The translations under genes were made by a program, and so were the position numbers. A stretch of 64,000 bases of DNA from Rhodopila sp. (GTDB lineage Bacteria; Pseudomonadota; Alphaproteobacteria; Acetobacterales; Acetobacteraceae): assembly GCF_035548235.1 (NCBI RefSeq), contig NZ_DASZTJ010000033.1, positions 18,643-82,642 on the forward strand, read 5' to 3'. Below the pieces are notes generated by a model, which saw only the letters and a program-made list of their open reading frames with translations, did no database searches and had not been told where the DNA came from. Within the stretch, counting starts at the first letter, position 1, and each line of letters begins with the position of its first letter. Positions 13,047 to 21,139 of this stretch are shown piece by piece.

Positions 13047-15929
13047 ATGCAACTCACCCCCGGACTCAGGATCGCCGCACGCGGTCTTGAGTGGGACGTC
13101 ATTGACGCCGACCCGCCCCCAGACCCCTCCATCGCGGAACATCGCCGCGTGCGCCTTTGCTGCGCGTCGGGTGACCTCGCAGGGCTGGAATGGGACATCC
13201 TTCACCCCCTCGAGCCTGTAACGGTCTTGCGCGCCGACCCGGACCCACGAGCCCCCGATAGTCTGCGGGACTGGTGGCTCTACCATACCGCCTGGCTGTT
13301 CGATCAGGTGCCCGGCCCTGCGACCCAAGCCGGCCGCATGACGATCGAGCCATATCAGCAGGTACCGGTACGGCGCGCGCTCGACATGGTGCGCCCGCGG
13401 TTGCTGCTGGCGGATGGTGTCGGCCTTGGGAAGACCATCCAGGCCGGGCTGATCGCCGCGGAACTCCTGGTGCGCCGCCGAGCGCACAGGATCCTGGTGG
13501 TAACGCCGCCGGGACCGCTGCTGCGACAGTGGGAGCAGGAGATGCGGCTGCGCTTCGGCCTCCGCTTCGCCGTCCTGGCCGACGCACCCAGCCTGCGGGA
13601 GGCGCGCGCTCGGCTCGAATTCGGCGGCAACCCGTTCGAGGCGACGTCCCTCTGCCTCACTTCCATCGATTTCGCCAAGTCGGACCAGGTACTGATGGAA
13701 TTGGAGAGGACGCGCTGGGACCTTGTGATCATCGACGAAGCGCATCACTGCGCTCAACCGGACTCCCGTCGTCATCTGCTCGCGAGGGTTCTGTCACGCA
13801 TTTCGGACGGTCTGCTGCTGCTGACCGCCACGCCGCATGACGGCAACGACGCGCATTTCGCTGCGCTGATGGCGCTGCTGGACCCCAGCCTCGTAGACGG
13901 GGCGGGCCGGCTTGTCGGCACCGCCTATCGCCGCCACGTGGTGCGGCGTTTGAAATCGCATATCCGCGACCCGCGCACTGGCCTGCCTCTGTTCCGCGAG
14001 CGCCGGGTCCAGCCGGTGCGGGTGATGGTCGATGCCGATCCTGTGTGCGCCTTCCATAAGGCGCTCTCTGACCTCGTGCTGCCTCGCCTGCGCACCCCGC
14101 GCGACACGAGGCATCTGACCGATGCCTTGGCGTTCGTGACCTTATTGAAACGGTCTCTCTCGACCCTTGCTGCCTGCGTCGCCACGCTGCGCGTCGTTGC
14201 CGCCCGCCTTGGCGCCACCGACAGCCTTGCCCGGCGACGGGAGCGCCAGCGGGCGCTGCGGGCTTGGTGCCGCCGTGTGGCCCGTTATGGGGTGCTGTCG
14301 GCGGCCGAGGAAAGCGCCGTCGCTTCCCTTGAAGCGGAAGAAATGGCCACCAGCCTCGATGCTGCGACGGCCGAGGCGCTGAACGCATTGATCGCGGCGG
14401 GCGAAGCGGCGATCCCGCTTGATCCAAAGCTGCAAGCCCTGCGACAGGAAATCCGCCTGATCCGGCTGGAACAGCCGAACGCCAATGTCCTTGTCTATAC
14501 GGAATACGCCGAAAGCCAGCGAGCCGCCGCGATGGCGCTCGCGGAGCTTGGCGGGATCGTGCTCACGATCGCCGGCACCGATACGGAGGCAGAGCGAACC
14601 GGCGCGGCCGAGCAGTTCGCCGAACAGGACGGCATTGTGCTGATCAGCACGGACGCGCTGGCCGAGGGCTTGAATCTGCATCGACGCTGCCGCCACCTGA
14701 TTCATCTCGACCTGCCCTACAACCCCAACCGGCTGGAACAGCGCAACGGCCGCATCGACCGCTACGGCCAGGTCCACGACCCCGACATCCGCTATTGTTA
14801 CCTCGTCGGCACGTTCGAGGAGCGCCTGCTGCTGAAGTTGATCGAGAAATACGAAGCCGCCAGGGTCTGCTTGGACATCATGCCGGACACGCTTGCGGTT
14901 TCATCCGCAACCGGTGGCCTGCGCGAGCCGATCTTCGCCGGGGGCACGGATGACTTGTTCGCCGGCCTGCCCCGCCTGGTCCAGTCCCTGGACCAGGCCG
15001 CCGAGGACACCGCGAGCGAGGCCTGGCGCGACCTGTTGCGAGAGATCGACCACGCCTTCAAGGCGTTCGAGGACATGGCCGTCCGCCACGGCTGGCTGGG
15101 CGGCGGCCCTACGGGTGATCCAACCGATCCAGTCACCGAAGCGCCGCTGGGGCTCACCGTTCACACCTTCGTCGCCGCGGCGTTGCCCGACGGCAAGGTG
15201 CCGGGATCGTGGGCCACCGATCTCCATGCGCTGCCGGGCTTCGACGGCACGACGAACACGGTTCGGCTCACAGACGATCCCGACCGGCTGCACGATCGTC
15301 TTTACCCCGGTCGCGCCCATCCCCTCACGCGTCGTGTCATCGCGCGGCTTCGCGCGGGCAGGACGGGGCAGGTGGCAGCAGCGCGGGGGGAGGTGTCGCT
15401 GATAGCCACTTATGCCGTCGAGACCGGGGACGGCCGCTTCCGCACCCTGTTCGCGCTGCGCCAATACCCTGACGGCCGTATCGTCGACGAGCCGGATTGG
15501 TTGCGGCACGCCGACCGTCCGTCCATGGTTGCCGACTGGGACACAGATTTCGCGCCCTGGGCCGGCGGTCCGGCACTGGATCGGGCGGCCGGTGCCGCCG
15601 CCGATAGAGCGGTTGCCACGCATGCCGCCGCGGAAGCGCGACGGGCCGAAAAGGCGGAGCTCGAAGTCGCCGCTTGGCTGCGCCGCCGCGCCGACGAAAT
15701 CTGCGGACCCGCGCCGAAGCCCGGCACGGGCGATCTGTTCGCCGCCGCCCGGCCGGTGATTGCCGCGGCGCCCGAAACCCGGCTAGCCCGGTGTGCCGCC
15801 GACCCCGATCAGCCCGACGCTACTCGCCAAGCGGCGGCCGAGGTGCTGGCTATCTTCGCCGCAAGGCCGCGTCCGTGTGCCTCCGAAATGCGGCTGCGCA
15901 AGCTGGGCCTGTTGCTGCTCCACCCATGA
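13047..15929 (+). CDS. SNF2-family helicase, DISARM DrmD-like
   Basis: LLADGVGLGKT (motif I), DEAHH (II), LLTATP (III), EGLNL (V), EQRNGRIDRYGQ (VI). Confidence 0.88.
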   Translation: MQLTPGLRIAARGLEWDVIDADPPPDPSIAEHRRVRLCCASGDLAGLEWDILHPLEPVTVLRADPDPRAPDSLRDWWLYHTAWLFDQVPGPATQAGRMTIEPYQQVPVRRALDMVRPRLLLADGVGLGKTIQAGLIAAELLVRRRAHRILVVTPPGPLLRQWEQEMRLRFGLRFAVLADAPSLREARARLEFGGNPFEATSLCLTSIDFAKSDQVLMELERTRWDLVIIDEAHHCAQPDSRRHLLARVLSRISDGLLLLTATPHDGNDAHFAALMALLDPSLVDGAGRLVGTAYRRHVVRRLKSHIRDPRTGLPLFRERRVQPVRVMVDADPVCAFHKALSDLVLPRLRTPRDTRHLTDALAFVTLLKRSLSTLAACVATLRVVAARLGATDSLARRRERQRALRAWCRRVARYGVLSAAEESAVASLEAEEMATSLDAATAEALNALIAAGEAAIPLDPKLQALRQEIRLIRLEQPNANVLVYTEYAESQRAAAMALAELGGIVLTIAGTDTEAERTGAAEQFAEQDGIVLISTDALAEGLNLHRRCRHLIHLDLPYNPNRLEQRNGRIDRYGQVHDPDIRYCYLVGTFEERLLLKLIEKYEAARVCLDIMPDTLAVSSATGGLREPIFAGGTDDLFAGLPRLVQSLDQAAEDTASEAWRDLLREIDHAFKAFEDMAVRHGWLGGGPTGDPTDPVTEAPLGLTVHTFVAAALPDGKVPGSWATDLHALPGFDGTTNTVRLTDDPDRLHDRLYPGRAHPLTRRVIARLRAGRTGQVAAARGEVSLIATYAVETGDGRFRTLFALRQYPDGRIVDEPDWLRHADRPSMVADWDTDFAPWAGGPALDRAAGAAADRAVATHAAAEARRAEKAELEVAAWLRRRADEICGPAPKPGTGDLFAAARPVIAAAPETRLARCAADPDQPDATRQAAAEVLAIFAARPRPCASEMRLRKLGLLLLHP

Positions 15930-18900
15930 GCCTTGATCTTCGCGATTGCACCTTATCCGGTCCGGCGCTGACCGAAAGCTTTCTGCAAGACGGCCTGCCG
16001 CCGACTTCCGAGGCCGGCCACGCATGGGCCACCGCGCGCATCGGCACGATGCGCCGGATCACCGCCGCCCTTGGCTACGGCCGGCCCGTCCGGCAGGCAC
16101 CGATCCTGACCCGGGAAGGGGAGGAGGACGGCGGTTTCCTGGCGCGATCCGGGACCGTCCGCCTGCGTGTCTGGTCGGTCGCATGCAGTTCGGCCCCGGA
16201 TCCCACCCATCGGACCAGCCCAACCCGCGTCGCACAGCGTGTCCTGTTCGCGGCGCGTGAGACCGCCGGACTGCTGATTGAAGGCCCGGTCCTGCGCCTG
16301 CTGCTGTGCGACGCCAGCCGATCCGACACCTGCCTGAGCGTTGCGATCGACGACTGGCCTGCTCGTGATTCAGTACCGGATTCGTGGCGTTTGCTGTTCA
16401 CCCTGATTGCCGCCCGCGCTCTCCCCGCGCTTCCTGGCATTCTCGACCGCGCGCGACTGCATCAGACAAAGGTGACGGCGGCACTGCGCATCCAGGCGCG
16501 GGAGGCCATCCTCGGTTTCGTCAACGCCCTGCCGGCGCGGCGCGGCGTAACGGCTTCAGCGCTGTGGCAGGATGCGCTGATCCTGGTCTACCGCCTGCTT
16601 TTCGTGCTGAAGCTGGAAAGCGCAGCCGGCCAGGCCTTCAGCTTCGCGGCGTCCTCACTCTGGCGCGGGGCGTTCTCGCCTAACCAGGCGCTGGGGCCGC
16701 TGGTCCGGCGGCACCTGGATTTCGGCCACGATACGGGGCGAATGCTGCAGGATGGGCTGCGCCGGATGTTCGACCTGTTCCGGGACGGCGTACGCGCGAC
16801 CGGCCTGAGTGTCGCGCCTTTGGGCGGCATGCTGTTCGGAGCGACGACCCTGCCGCATCTCGGGTCGCTGGATTGGGGGGAGCGCGCGGTGGCGATCCTG
16901 CTCGACCGGTTGATCTGGCTGCCGAACAAGCCTGGGCTGGTTCGTTCTCGGGTGCATTATGGCAGCCTGGGCGTCGAGGACCTGGGTGGCGTCTACGAAG
17001 CGCTGCTGGAACTGGAACCCCGGTTCACCGAGGACGGGACCTTCCTGCTGCACCCCGGGCCGGGCCGGAAGGCGAGCGGGGCCTATTACACGCCGCGCGA
17101 CTTCGTGCGGTTCCTGGTGCGTGAGACGCTCGATCCCCTGATCGCAGCGCGCAGCCCGTCGTACGACCCGGACCCTGCGGCGCTGCTGCGGCTGAAGCTG
17201 GTCGACCCTGCCACCGGCAGCGGCCATTTCCTGGTCGAGGCCTGCCGGCATCTGTCCGACGCGGTCCTGACCGCCGCGCGCCAAGCCGATGCGCTGGGCC
17301 TGACCGACCGGATCGCGGCCATCCCCGACCCGGACGCGACGCTGGTCCCGTACCTGCCCAGCCACGGCGACAACGAGACGATCGCGCGCGCCATCTGTCG
17401 CCGGCTGGTGGCGGTGCATTGCCTGTATGGTTGCGACAGGAACCCTTTGGCCGTGACTTTGGCCAAGCTGTCGCTATGGCTGGAGTCCTGGGCCGAGGGC
17501 CTGCCGCTGACCTTCCTCGACCACCGCATCGTGCATGGCGACGCACTGACCGGGCCGTTCTTCGCGCATTTGACGACCCTGCCGGTGACCGGTGGGCCGC
17601 TCGATCCGCTGTTGGCGCGGGATGTGATCGCGTGCCTGCTGGCGCGGATGACGGCGGCGCGGGACCTGATATCCCGGCTGGACGCCTCGATCGGCCGCGA
17701 TCTGCGGGACGTCGCGGCGAAACAAGCCGTGAAGCAGGAGGTCGACACGCTCTTGTCTCCACTGCGGCGGTTGGCCCAAGCCTGGGCCGAGACCGCGATG
17801 ACCGGCGCGCGGGATGGGGACGATCGATGGATCGCGTTGGCTCGGGCGGTGATGGCCGCGGATGGGCCGCACCCTCTCGTCATGGTGGGCGAAGGCCCTC
17901 CATTCGCGCCTCCCGAGGCTGATCGCGCCAAACATATGGAGAGCTGGCACGCGGCTGGTCATGATGACGGGACCGTGGGGCTGTCGGAACCCCAATCCCT
18001 GTCCTGGGACCTCATTTTCCCCGACGTCTTCCCTGCCGGCTTCGACATCGTGCTTGGCAATCCACCCTGGGATGTGGTGTTGCCCAACAGCGTTGATTTC
18101 GTCGCCGATATCGATCCGTCCGTCCGCCTCGCCGCCACGCGCCAAACCCGGGCTGCGATCCAGCGCAGGGTGCTGTCCGACCCGGCGGTCGCAGAGCGGT
18201 TCGAGGCCTATCGTGCAGGGTTCGAGCGGCTGAAGCGGATCGTCCCTCGCTTGTACCCCCTGCAGCGCGGGGCATCCGGCAGTCTCGACCTGTATCGCTT
18301 GTTCGCCGAACGCGCCTTGTCGCTTGCGGCCGAGGATGGAACGATCGGCCTGGTGCTGCCCTCGGCCTTCCATGCCAATGCCGGGGCCGCCCGGTTGCGG
18401 CGGCACTATCTGGACTCGACACGGATCGATTGGTGCCTCTCGTTCGAGAACCGCAGTCGCTGGTTCGACATCGACAGCCGTTTCAAATTCGACCTGATCG
18501 TCGCCCGACGCCCCGGCCCGACGCATGCCCTGCGCTGCGGCTTCTACCTGGGACACTTGGCCGAGGTCGAGGAATCGGGCCGGACCATGACTTATCCTCG
18601 CGGTTTCCTGGACGCGGCCGGCGGCGTGCATCTGACCCCGCCGGAACTGCGCGGCGTCAAGGATCTACGCCTCGCCGAACGCCTCTACACCAATCCCGTC
18701 CGCTTCGGCGCCTGGTGCGAGGCGCGGCGCATCCGCTTCGGCTGCGACCTGCACATGACTGCCGACGCGGCGCTGTTCCGGCCAGCAGGCGAGGGTGGCC
18801 TGGTGCTGCATGAGGGCAAGACCTTCCACCAGTTCACCACGTTTTGGGACACCGAACCGCGCTACAGCGTCAACGAAGAGGCGTTGCGTCCCGCAATCGC

Positions 18901-19393
18901 GACGGCATCGCGGCATGTTCGGTTGGCGTTCCGCGACATCGCCCGTTCGAACGACGAGCGCACCATGATCGCCTGCCTGGCGCCCGCGGGGACGGTGTTC
19001 GGCCACACCGCAACGGTCGAGCAGGCGCCCTGGGCACGCGACCCGACCGACGCCGCGCTGCTGTGCGCGGTGCTCAATTCCTTCCCCTTCGATTGGCTGA
19101 TCCGGCAAAAGGCCGCGACGCATCTGAGCTTGTATCTACTGAACGACTTGCCGATGCCGGCCCTGACCCCGGCGCAGGCGACCTTCCTGGCTTCGGCTGC
19201 CACGCGGGGCGTGCCGCCGCCAGCCGAACGGGCACGCATGGATGCGGTCGTGGCGCACGGATATGGCCTGGATCGCGCGCACTACGCCCGCCTGCTGGCC
19301 GGGTTCTCGCATCGGTCCTGGCCTGATGCGCCCGAGGCTTGCTTGGATGCGTTCGATCATGCCGACCTGGTCTGCCCGCCATGCGCAGCCTGA
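15926..19393 (+). CDS. Type IIG/Eco57I-like N6-adenine DNA methyltransferase with TRD (DrmMI-like); nuclease region looks degenerate
   Basis: ATGA overlap with the helicase; GAYYTP, DPATGSGHFL (motif I), GNPPW (motif IV), RLAFRDIARSNDERT and LNSFPFDW specificity-domain motifs. Confidence 0.88.
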   Translation: MSLDLRDCTLSGPALTESFLQDGLPPTSEAGHAWATARIGTMRRITAALGYGRPVRQAPILTREGEEDGGFLARSGTVRLRVWSVACSSAPDPTHRTSPTRVAQRVLFAARETAGLLIEGPVLRLLLCDASRSDTCLSVAIDDWPARDSVPDSWRLLFTLIAARALPALPGILDRARLHQTKVTAALRIQAREAILGFVNALPARRGVTASALWQDALILVYRLLFVLKLESAAGQAFSFAASSLWRGAFSPNQALGPLVRRHLDFGHDTGRMLQDGLRRMFDLFRDGVRATGLSVAPLGGMLFGATTLPHLGSLDWGERAVAILLDRLIWLPNKPGLVRSRVHYGSLGVEDLGGVYEALLELEPRFTEDGTFLLHPGPGRKASGAYYTPRDFVRFLVRETLDPLIAARSPSYDPDPAALLRLKLVDPATGSGHFLVEACRHLSDAVLTAARQADALGLTDRIAAIPDPDATLVPYLPSHGDNETIARAICRRLVAVHCLYGCDRNPLAVTLAKLSLWLESWAEGLPLTFLDHRIVHGDALTGPFFAHLTTLPVTGGPLDPLLARDVIACLLARMTAARDLISRLDASIGRDLRDVAAKQAVKQEVDTLLSPLRRLAQAWAETAMTGARDGDDRWIALARAVMAADGPHPLVMVGEGPPFAPPEADRAKHMESWHAAGHDDGTVGLSEPQSLSWDLIFPDVFPAGFDIVLGNPPWDVVLPNSVDFVADIDPSVRLAATRQTRAAIQRRVLSDPAVAERFEAYRAGFERLKRIVPRLYPLQRGASGSLDLYRLFAERALSLAAEDGTIGLVLPSAFHANAGAARLRRHYLDSTRIDWCLSFENRSRWFDIDSRFKFDLIVARRPGPTHALRCGFYLGHLAEVEESGRTMTYPRGFLDAAGGVHLTPPELRGVKDLRLAERLYTNPVRFGAWCEARRIRFGCDLHMTADAALFRPAGEGGLVLHEGKTFHQFTTFWDTEPRYSVNEEALRPAIATASRHVRLAFRDIARSNDERTMIACLAPAGTVFGHTATVEQAPWARDPTDAALLCAVLNSFPFDWLIRQKAATHLSLYLLNDLPMPALTPAQATFLASAATRGVPPPAERARMDAVVAHGYGLDRAHYARLLAGFSHRSWPDAPEACLDAFDHADLVCPPCAA

Positions 19394-20130
19394 TTGGTTA
19401 TTTCGGCCTCGCGCGGCTGGCCGGGGCGACCGCACCGGTGATCGAGACAGCGATCGTCGCTCCGCTGCGCGAAGCAGGCTTCGAGATCCTCCGGGCCGGC
19501 CATTTCAACTGCCCCGCCGCGCTGGACAATCCGCGTTCGGGGGAGCGTGGCGCGATTCCCGATGCCGACCCGGCACGGCTGCTGTCGCTCGATGCCTGCG
19601 AGCAGGAGGTCCAGACGGACGACGCAATCGCCGAGGCCTTCGCGACTGCGCGCGCCTATCCGGACGCGTTCGGCGATGGATATCGCAGCTTGCGGAACCT
19701 TTGCCACCAGCTCCGCAGCCTGGACCGGTTATGGCGGCTATTGGCGGCATTCCGTCCGGGGCCGGAAGATGTCGTGCTGTTGCTGCGTCCGGATCTGCTG
19801 TACCTGGACCCGCTCGTAATTGGTCGAGACCTCGGTGAGCTGCTGGCCGGCGGCATCGACCTCGTCGTGCCCGCTTGGCAAAGCTGGGGTGGGCTGAACG
19901 ACCGCTTCGCTTTCGCAACGCCGCACGCCGCACGGGTCTACGCCACGCGCTATCGATTGATCGCGGATGGCTGCACTGCCATGGGCGGGTTGCATGCCGA
20001 ACGGTTCCTGGCGTTCAGCGCGGGGTTGCATGGCCTGCGTGTGGCGCGGACGCCGTTGCGGGCGGCGCGGCTGCGCGTGAATGGTGATATCGCGGGAAAC
20101 GATCTGCGGATGCTTGACGTCCAGGCATGA
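19381..20130 (+). CDS. Hypothetical protein, glycosyltransferase-like
   Basis: ATG overlaps the MTase end by 13 nt; LLRPDL and WGGLNDRFAF motifs resemble uncharacterised GT-A-like families. Confidence 0.6.
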   Translation: MRSLIGYFGLARLAGATAPVIETAIVAPLREAGFEILRAGHFNCPAALDNPRSGERGAIPDADPARLLSLDACEQEVQTDDAIAEAFATARAYPDAFGDGYRSLRNLCHQLRSLDRLWRLLAAFRPGPEDVVLLLRPDLLYLDPLVIGRDLGELLAGGIDLVVPAWQSWGGLNDRFAFATPHAARVYATRYRLIADGCTAMGGLHAERFLAFSAGLHGLRVARTPLRAARLRVNGDIAGNDLRMLDVQA

Positions 20131-20297
20131 CGATCGCGTCCCGCACCAGCCGTCAAGATGCCGCTTGTCCTGCCGCGAGCGAAATCAATGGCAAGTACTG
20201 GGACTCGGTCAAGTAGTATGGCTGACGCCGTACTCGTCCATTTCCTTGACGCGCAACCCAACAGCGAGTGAATGACCGAGCGGCCCGGGCACGGCGC

Positions 20298-20591
20298 TTA
20301 TCTCCCGGAATTCCGGTGAAAGAACTTGCGCAGGCTATCTTTCGCCCGTTCCAATGTGCGTCGGCGATGCATTGGAAGCGTCTTGCCTGCCCTGTTGATA
20401 TAGAAAGTCAGCATAGACATGGCGGAGCGGTATGCACTGCCTTTGCGCCTATCGCTGTGTTCGGCCGACTCCTTCAGCGATTTCGCGATCGTATCTGGAT
20501 CCTTTGACTTGAAAATGTCCTTCTCAAGATCCAGGGCATCGCTGTGCCTGGTGACTTCCCCGGACCAACGAGCCTTGGTTTTCGTCGTCAT
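20298..20591 (-). CDS. DUF3175 family protein
   Basis: WSGEVTRHSDALDLE...SAMSMLTFYINRAG signature; GGGAGAG SD; start re-called at 20591. Confidence 0.88.
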   Translation of the reverse strand: MTTKTKARWSGEVTRHSDALDLEKDIFKSKDPDTIAKSLKESAEHSDRRKGSAYRSAMSMLTFYINRAGKTLPMHRRRTLERAKDSLRKFFHRNSGR

Positions 20592-20620
20592 CGCCGCTCT
20601 CCCTTCGGCTGTACATGGGG

Positions 20621-20646
20621 AACGTAAGGTCCGCCTGGAAAGTTGC
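20621..20646 (-). promoter_or_regulatory. EcfG (general stress sigma)-type promoter for the DUF3175 gene
   Basis: GCAAC-N17-CGTT on the minus strand, close to the GGAAC-N16/17-CGTT consensus. Confidence 0.6.
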
Positions 20647-20692
20647 TTCGCGCCGAACCTCAAGACCCGCTCCTCTCACGGGCAATGTGAAC

Positions 20693-20717
20693 GCAACCCA
20701 GTCGAAAGCCCGCCGTT
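20693..20717 (+). promoter_or_regulatory. EcfG-type promoter for the KGG stress protein
   Basis: GCAAC-N16-CGTT, 54 nt before the ATG. Confidence 0.6.
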
Positions 20718-20771
20718 GCCTAGGAGCGAGGTGGCCGCAATGCCACCGAGAAGAAAGAAGGAGGTACAGCC

Positions 20772-20990
20772 ATGGCCGATCAAAGGCATTCTGGTAACCC
20801 CGGCAACTTTGCGGAAGACCGCGAGAAGGCAGCGAAGGCCGGGCATGTCGGTGGCCAGCACAGCAGCGGCAACTTCGGCAATGATCGCGAGCGCGCGGCC
20901 GAAGCAGGCCGCAAGGGCGGCCAGGCCAGTTCCGGCGGCTCCCATGAGCAGCACGTAAAGGCTGGTCAGCAAAGCCACAAGAACACCTGA
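20772..20990 (+). CDS. KGG-repeat general stress protein (YciG/GsiB-like)
   Basis: GNFAEDREKAAKAG and GNFGNDRERAAEAGRKGG repeats; GGAGG SD. Confidence 0.92.
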   Translation: MADQRHSGNPGNFAEDREKAAKAGHVGGQHSSGNFGNDRERAAEAGRKGGQASSGGSHEQHVKAGQQSHKNT

Positions 20991-21002
20991 ACACGTGACG
21001 AC

Positions 21003-21035
21003 GACCCTGCGCTTCAACGCCTGAGGCGCAGGGTC
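21003..21035 (+). terminator. 14-bp stem-loop after the KGG gene (no U-tract)
   Basis: GACCCTGCGCTTCA-ACGCC-TGAGGCGCAGGGTC with one G-U pair. Confidence 0.45.
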
Positions 21036-21139
21036 ATTCAAGCCTTCGAGCGGATACGCTCATATCTGCATGATGTCATCCGCGCGAGTGGCTTCCCGAC
21101 TGCATCGATCCCCCTCCATCTCCATTCGATGAGGCGAAA

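Noticed and set aside
15674-15925. Long N-terminal extension of the methyltransferase overlapping the helicase
   Set aside because: Low-complexity Arg/Pro/Ala read-through; the ATGA overlap at 15926 is the typical coupled start.
13047-20130. Prophage or integrative element carrying the defence genes
   Set aside because: No integrase, transposase, tRNA target, direct repeats or phage structural genes; GC content is host-like.
20160-20250. Possible small minus-strand ORF (MDEYGVSHTT) with an AAGGA SD
   Set aside because: Ten codons with no recognisable similarity; cannot be supported.
20772-20990. Short repeats suggesting a CRISPR or tandem array
   Set aside because: They are coding KGG repeats; no spacers or cas genes anywhere in the window.
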